Positions 43,052 through 46,614 of a DNA stretch of 46,614 nucleotides are shown here, one piece after another (within the stretch, counting starts at the first letter, position 1; every line of letters begins with the position of its first letter). Under the pieces are notes generated by a model, which did not search any database, was not told the DNA's origin, and saw only the letters and a list, made by a program, of their open reading frames with translations. Source of the DNA: Bacteroidota bacterium (lineage in GTDB: Bacteria > Bacteroidota > Bacteroidia > Bacteroidales > VadinHA17); the NCBI GenBank assembly GCA_037446375.1, contig JBBIIS010000002.1, forward strand, positions 8,276-54,889, in the 5' to 3' direction. Made by a program: the position numbers and the translations under genes.

Positions 43052-43618
43052 ATGGATAATATCCTGAATCTGCTTATCGAATATAAGTATCTTATATTAT
43101 TTCCCCTGGCTATTGTTGAAGGTCCTATCCTGGCAGTTATTGGCGGATTTCTCTGCATAAGCGGCTTAATGAATCCTGGTTTTCTTTATATCGTTATAAT
43201 TGCCGGAGATATGATCGGTGATTCCCTTGTATATGCGCTGGGAAGATGGGGAGTCCCGGATTTTCTTAAGCGGATTGCAGGTAGATTCGGACTATTTGCT
43301 TCAGATATTGAACCTGTCAGAGCATATTTTGATTCCAATCCCAGGAAGACAATTTCACTTTCCAAAATCACACTTGGAATTGGATTCGCCGGTCTGTACC
43401 TTGCCGGGAATACAAAGGTCCCTTACCGGAAGTACATAATTATTTGCTTCATCACCTCAGCACTTCAGTATATAGTATATATTGGCCTCGGTCTGCTTTT
43501 TGGAGCAGCTTATAAACAGATAAGTCAATATCTTGACTTTTTAACAGCACTGATTTTTGTTCTTGCAGCTTCTATTTTATTTGTCTATTTTATCAGGTCA
43601 AGAAGAAAAAAAATATGA
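43052..43618 (+). CDS. DedA/VTT-family membrane protein
   Basis: 188 aa with 4-5 TM segments. The N-terminal motif YLILFPLAIVEGPILAVIGGFL is typical of DedA (SNARE-associated) proteins. Confidence 0.7.
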   Translation: MDNILNLLIEYKYLILFPLAIVEGPILAVIGGFLCISGLMNPGFLYIVIIAGDMIGDSLVYALGRWGVPDFLKRIAGRFGLFASDIEPVRAYFDSNPRKTISLSKITLGIGFAGLYLAGNTKVPYRKYIIICFITSALQYIVYIGLGLLFGAAYKQISQYLDFLTALIFVLAASILFVYFIRSRRKKI

Positions 43619-44814
43619 GAATCCTTTTTGTATCAGACACCTATTATCCGCACATAAATGGTGTGTATTATTTTGTCCGACGGATAGGGCCACTGCTTCA
43701 GGAACGGGGACATGAAGTGGCAGTAATTGCACCGTCAGATTCAATCTTCTATTCGCTTAAAGTAATAGATGACCTTAATGTTTATTACATGCCTTCGGTC
43801 CCGGCCATAACATACCCGACTATCCGCTTTATAATACCAACTTTGCTCAGGACAAGGCTTACTTATATAATTAAAAAATTCAGGCCGGATGTCATCCATA
43901 TTCAGGATCAGAGACTGATATGCAAGGTTATTGTCAGGATAAACAGAGATCTCGGCATTCCAATAATCGGCACTAACCATTTTATGGCGGAGAACGTTAC
44001 TTTTCTCGTTCCCGGAGAAAAGCTAAGGCAGTATACGGAAAAGTTCATCTGGAAAGATTTTTCTGATGTTTTTAACAATGTCGGGATCGTAACAACCCCT
44101 ACTGAGACAGGAGCCCGCCTGATCAGGCCGAAATTAAATGTTAAAACCATTGCGATATCAAGCGGTGTCAATCTTGAACCTTTCAATGGTAATTGTGATC
44201 TTGAAAGATTGAAGAAAAAGTACTCAATACCTGAGAAACCAGTTCTTCTGTATGTAGGCCGGCTTGATCCGGAGAAGCATATTGAGGAAATCCTTCACGC
44301 GGTTGCCATCAGCCTTAGAAAAACTGATTTCAGGTTTGTTGCTGTGGGAAAAGGGATGAGCAGAAATTCACTCGAGCAGCTAGCAGTAAAACTTGGAATC
44401 AGTGATAAAGTAATTTTTACCGGTTTCATTCCTGATGAAGATCTTCCCTGCTTCTATAAAATCGGCCGTTGTTTTATTATTGCCAGCATTGCAGAGCTCC
44501 TCAGTCTTGCCACCCTTCAGGCAATGGCTGCAGGCCTTCCTGTAATAGCCGTTAATGCGTCAGCCCTTCCTGAACTTGTTACTGATCAGGAAAATGGTTA
44601 TCTGTACAATGAGGGAGATCTCGATTCTCTAAGCAATTACATATCTAATATACTGACAGACGATGAACTTTGCAGAAGAATGGGGAAGAAAAGCCTTGAA
44701 AAAGTAAAAGTCCATGATATTTACAGAACAGTCGATTCTTTTGAGAAGCTATATGGTGATCAGATTTCAGGTGCAGAGATATTGTACTCTTCCACCAAAG
44801 CTGAACAGGGTTGA
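43615..44814 (+). CDS. GT4-family glycosyltransferase
   Basis: MRILFVSDTYYPHINGV..., and the C-terminal E-x7-E region SIAELLSLATLQAMAAGLPVIAV. Its start overlaps the DedA stop (ATGA at 43615..43618). Confidence 0.8.
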   Translation: MRILFVSDTYYPHINGVYYFVRRIGPLLQERGHEVAVIAPSDSIFYSLKVIDDLNVYYMPSVPAITYPTIRFIIPTLLRTRLTYIIKKFRPDVIHIQDQRLICKVIVRINRDLGIPIIGTNHFMAENVTFLVPGEKLRQYTEKFIWKDFSDVFNNVGIVTTPTETGARLIRPKLNVKTIAISSGVNLEPFNGNCDLERLKKKYSIPEKPVLLYVGRLDPEKHIEEILHAVAISLRKTDFRFVAVGKGMSRNSLEQLAVKLGISDKVIFTGFIPDEDLPCFYKIGRCFIIASIAELLSLATLQAMAAGLPVIAVNASALPELVTDQENGYLYNEGDLDSLSNYISNILTDDELCRRMGKKSLEKVKVHDIYRTVDSFEKLYGDQISGAEILYSSTKAEQG

Positions 44815-44858
44815 CCGACTGAGAATGAACCTGTAGAAAATTATTATTAAATCGTGTT

Positions 44859-46547
44859 ATGAAAATAAAAGTCACCTTATTCGTCGCCCTGATCTTATTT
44901 ACATTAACATATTGTCAGAAGATGGAAACTGCAGACCTTATTATTATCAACGGCAAAGTACTTACGATGGATAAAGAGAATTTATATGCCGAAGCGGTGG
45001 CAATTAAGGGCGATAAGATAATTGCAGTCGGGACGACAAAAGAGATACGAGCATTTTCCATAGCCGGCAAAACGAGAATAATCGATGCAAATAAAAGGCT
45101 CGTACTGCCGGGGTTCAATGATGCCCATGTTCACTTTGGCCCTCTCGACCCCGACTATATAGAATTGAGATATACAACAGATCCGTCAGCCATTACTGAA
45201 AAGGTAAAAGCCCAGGTTGAGAGATCTTCACCCGGACAGGTCATCAAAGGCGGGCACTGGGAACATGAGATGTTCATAAACCGCAAATGGCCCACCAAAG
45301 AGCTCATTGATAAGGTCTCTCCAAACAATCCCGTTATTCTGAGCAGGGCCGACGGCCATTCTGTTCTGGTTAACAGCTACGTGCTTGCAAAATCAGGTAT
45401 CACCCGCAATACACCGGACCCTTTCGGAGGTGAGATACAAAAGGACCGGGTAACAGGTGAGCCCACAGGTATTCTTAAGGAGAATGCCGAAGAGCTTATT
45501 AAAACCGGCGATGTTAAAGCAGTCAGAAGCCCGGAACAGGAAAAGGAGCGAACCTGGAAAGGTTACCTTCTTGCTCTGAAAGAGGCCAGGGAATATGGTG
45601 TAACAAGCGTACAGATACCGGGAAGTGCTGATTTCGGAGCTTATAATAAACTTAAAAAGGATGGGCTCCTTACTGCAAGAATAGATGCAGGAGAATTTCT
45701 TACTGACGATACTTTGAAGCTAAAAAGTTTCTTCAGCCTTGAGGAAAAATACCCAAGGGATTCGGACTGGATCAGATTTGGTTATCTGAAGGTTTTTATC
45801 GACGGGACTATCGGATCAGGGACGGCACTTATGTTTGAACCTTTCGCTGACAATCCATCTTCGTCGGGACTGGCAATGATGCCATATGAGAAATTTGAAA
45901 AGATGGTAATAACTGCCGACAGGATGGGATTTCAGATCGGAACACATGCAATCGGGGATAAAGGAAATAACTGGACACTGAATGCATATGAAAAAGCCCG
46001 TGAAATTAATGGTGTACGCGAAAGCCGCCACAGGATCGAACATGCACAGACACTGACAGTGGCAGATATTCCCAGATTTTCCAGGCTTGGAGTCATCCCT
46101 TCAATGCAGCCGACCCATTGTATAACTGACAAACGATTCTGTGAAAAGCGTATTGGCAAAGAGAGAAGCCGCGGAGCCTATGCATGGAAAAGCCTGCAGG
46201 ATGCAGGTGCAATGCTTGCCTTCGGGACCGACTACCAGGTTGAACCGCTTAACCCGATGGAGGGACTTTATGCCGCTGTTACAAGAAAAGACAGGCTTGG
46301 CGAGCAGGGTAACGGCTGGTTTCCCGAACAGAAGCTTACAATGGAAGAGGCTATAAAGTATTATACCTGGGGATCCGCATATTCTCAATTCATGGAGGGA
46401 AGAAAAGGGATGCTGAAGAAAGGCTTTCTGGCCGACATCGTTATCACCGACCGGGATCTTCTTTCTGTCCCCGAAAATGAAATAATGAAGACCAGGGTCG
46501 ACTTTACCATTGTCGGAGGAAAAGTTGTCTATGAGTCAGGAAAATAG
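44859..46547 (+). CDS. lipoprotein amidohydrolase (Amidohydro_3 / YtcJ-like metal-dependent hydrolase)
   Basis: Lipoprotein-like signal (LFTLTYC). It has the LPGFNDAHVHF metal-binding motif and later HAIGD and H...D motifs. Confidence 0.75.
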   Translation: MKIKVTLFVALILFTLTYCQKMETADLIIINGKVLTMDKENLYAEAVAIKGDKIIAVGTTKEIRAFSIAGKTRIIDANKRLVLPGFNDAHVHFGPLDPDYIELRYTTDPSAITEKVKAQVERSSPGQVIKGGHWEHEMFINRKWPTKELIDKVSPNNPVILSRADGHSVLVNSYVLAKSGITRNTPDPFGGEIQKDRVTGEPTGILKENAEELIKTGDVKAVRSPEQEKERTWKGYLLALKEAREYGVTSVQIPGSADFGAYNKLKKDGLLTARIDAGEFLTDDTLKLKSFFSLEEKYPRDSDWIRFGYLKVFIDGTIGSGTALMFEPFADNPSSSGLAMMPYEKFEKMVITADRMGFQIGTHAIGDKGNNWTLNAYEKAREINGVRESRHRIEHAQTLTVADIPRFSRLGVIPSMQPTHCITDKRFCEKRIGKERSRGAYAWKSLQDAGAMLAFGTDYQVEPLNPMEGLYAAVTRKDRLGEQGNGWFPEQKLTMEEAIKYYTWGSAYSQFMEGRKGMLKKGFLADIVITDRDLLSVPENEIMKTRVDFTIVGGKVVYESGK

Positions 46548-46614
46548 CCCTTCCAGCTTGAAAAGTATCTTCAGCGCTTCCTCCCTGTCGGATCCGCAGA
46601 AATCTGGCTCAGCC
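46536..46614 (-). CDS. possible 3' end of a convergent gene entering from the right edge (...AEPDFCGSDREEALKILFKLEGLFS)
   Basis: The minus-strand frame is open from the window edge to TGA at 46538..46536, overlapping the amidohydrolase 3' end by 12 nt. Only 25 codons are visible. Confidence 0.2.
   Translation of the reverse strand, partial: AEPDFCGSDREEALKILFKLEGLFS

Overview
46.6-kb chromosomal segment that looks Bacteroidota-like: it is AT-rich, has TAnnTTTG -7 promoter boxes and short or leaderless 5' UTRs, and carries a DUF3857/DUF3858-type transglutaminase-like gene pair, a long LepB and MurK/MurQ-type genes. No homology search was possible. All protein calls come from motifs I recognise in the supplied translations, and alignments were done by eye from memory.

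Gene content, left to right:
- A frameshifted EamA/DMT transporter.
- A three-gene surface module: a signal-peptide fibre protein with a phage-type S74 self-cleaving chaperone domain, a cytoplasmic-looking legumain (C13)-like protein that appears to lack both catalytic residues, and a small CarboxypepD_reg-like ORF.
- The alternative polyamine pathway (carboxynorspermidine dehydrogenase and decarboxylase).
- trkH.
- A roughly 15-kb amino-sugar/peptidoglycan recycling supercluster (9394..24303): MurU, an AmgK-like kinase fused to a RapZ C-terminal domain, NagB fused to a PIG-L/LmbE-like domain, a 971-aa FAD/Fe-S oxidase, GH9 fused to a NodB-type deacetylase, a BadF-type sugar kinase, MurQ, and GH3 NagZ-like fused to a beta-lactamase-fold serine hydrolase.
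- A decayed gene.
- An active/inactive transglutaminase-like paralogue pair opposite an M14 carboxypeptidase.
- Two tRNA-Leu genes embedded in unusual 7-8-nt periodic GC-rich blocks.
- lysC-lysA, with a promoter, a 16-codon uORF and a terminator-like leader.
- An APC permease, thrS-infC-rpmI-rplT, and lepB-dapB.
- An envelope module: an Omp85-like barrel, DedA, a GT4 glycosyltransferase and a lipoprotein amidohydrolase.

I saw no transposases, integrases, CRISPR arrays, rRNA or recognisable defence genes.

The best candidates for something undescribed are:
1. The AmgK::RapZ-CTD fusion and the other domain fusions in the peptidoglycan-recycling locus.
2. The self-cleaving fibre plus pseudo-legumain module.
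3. The periodic GC-rich blocks around the tRNA-Leu genes.
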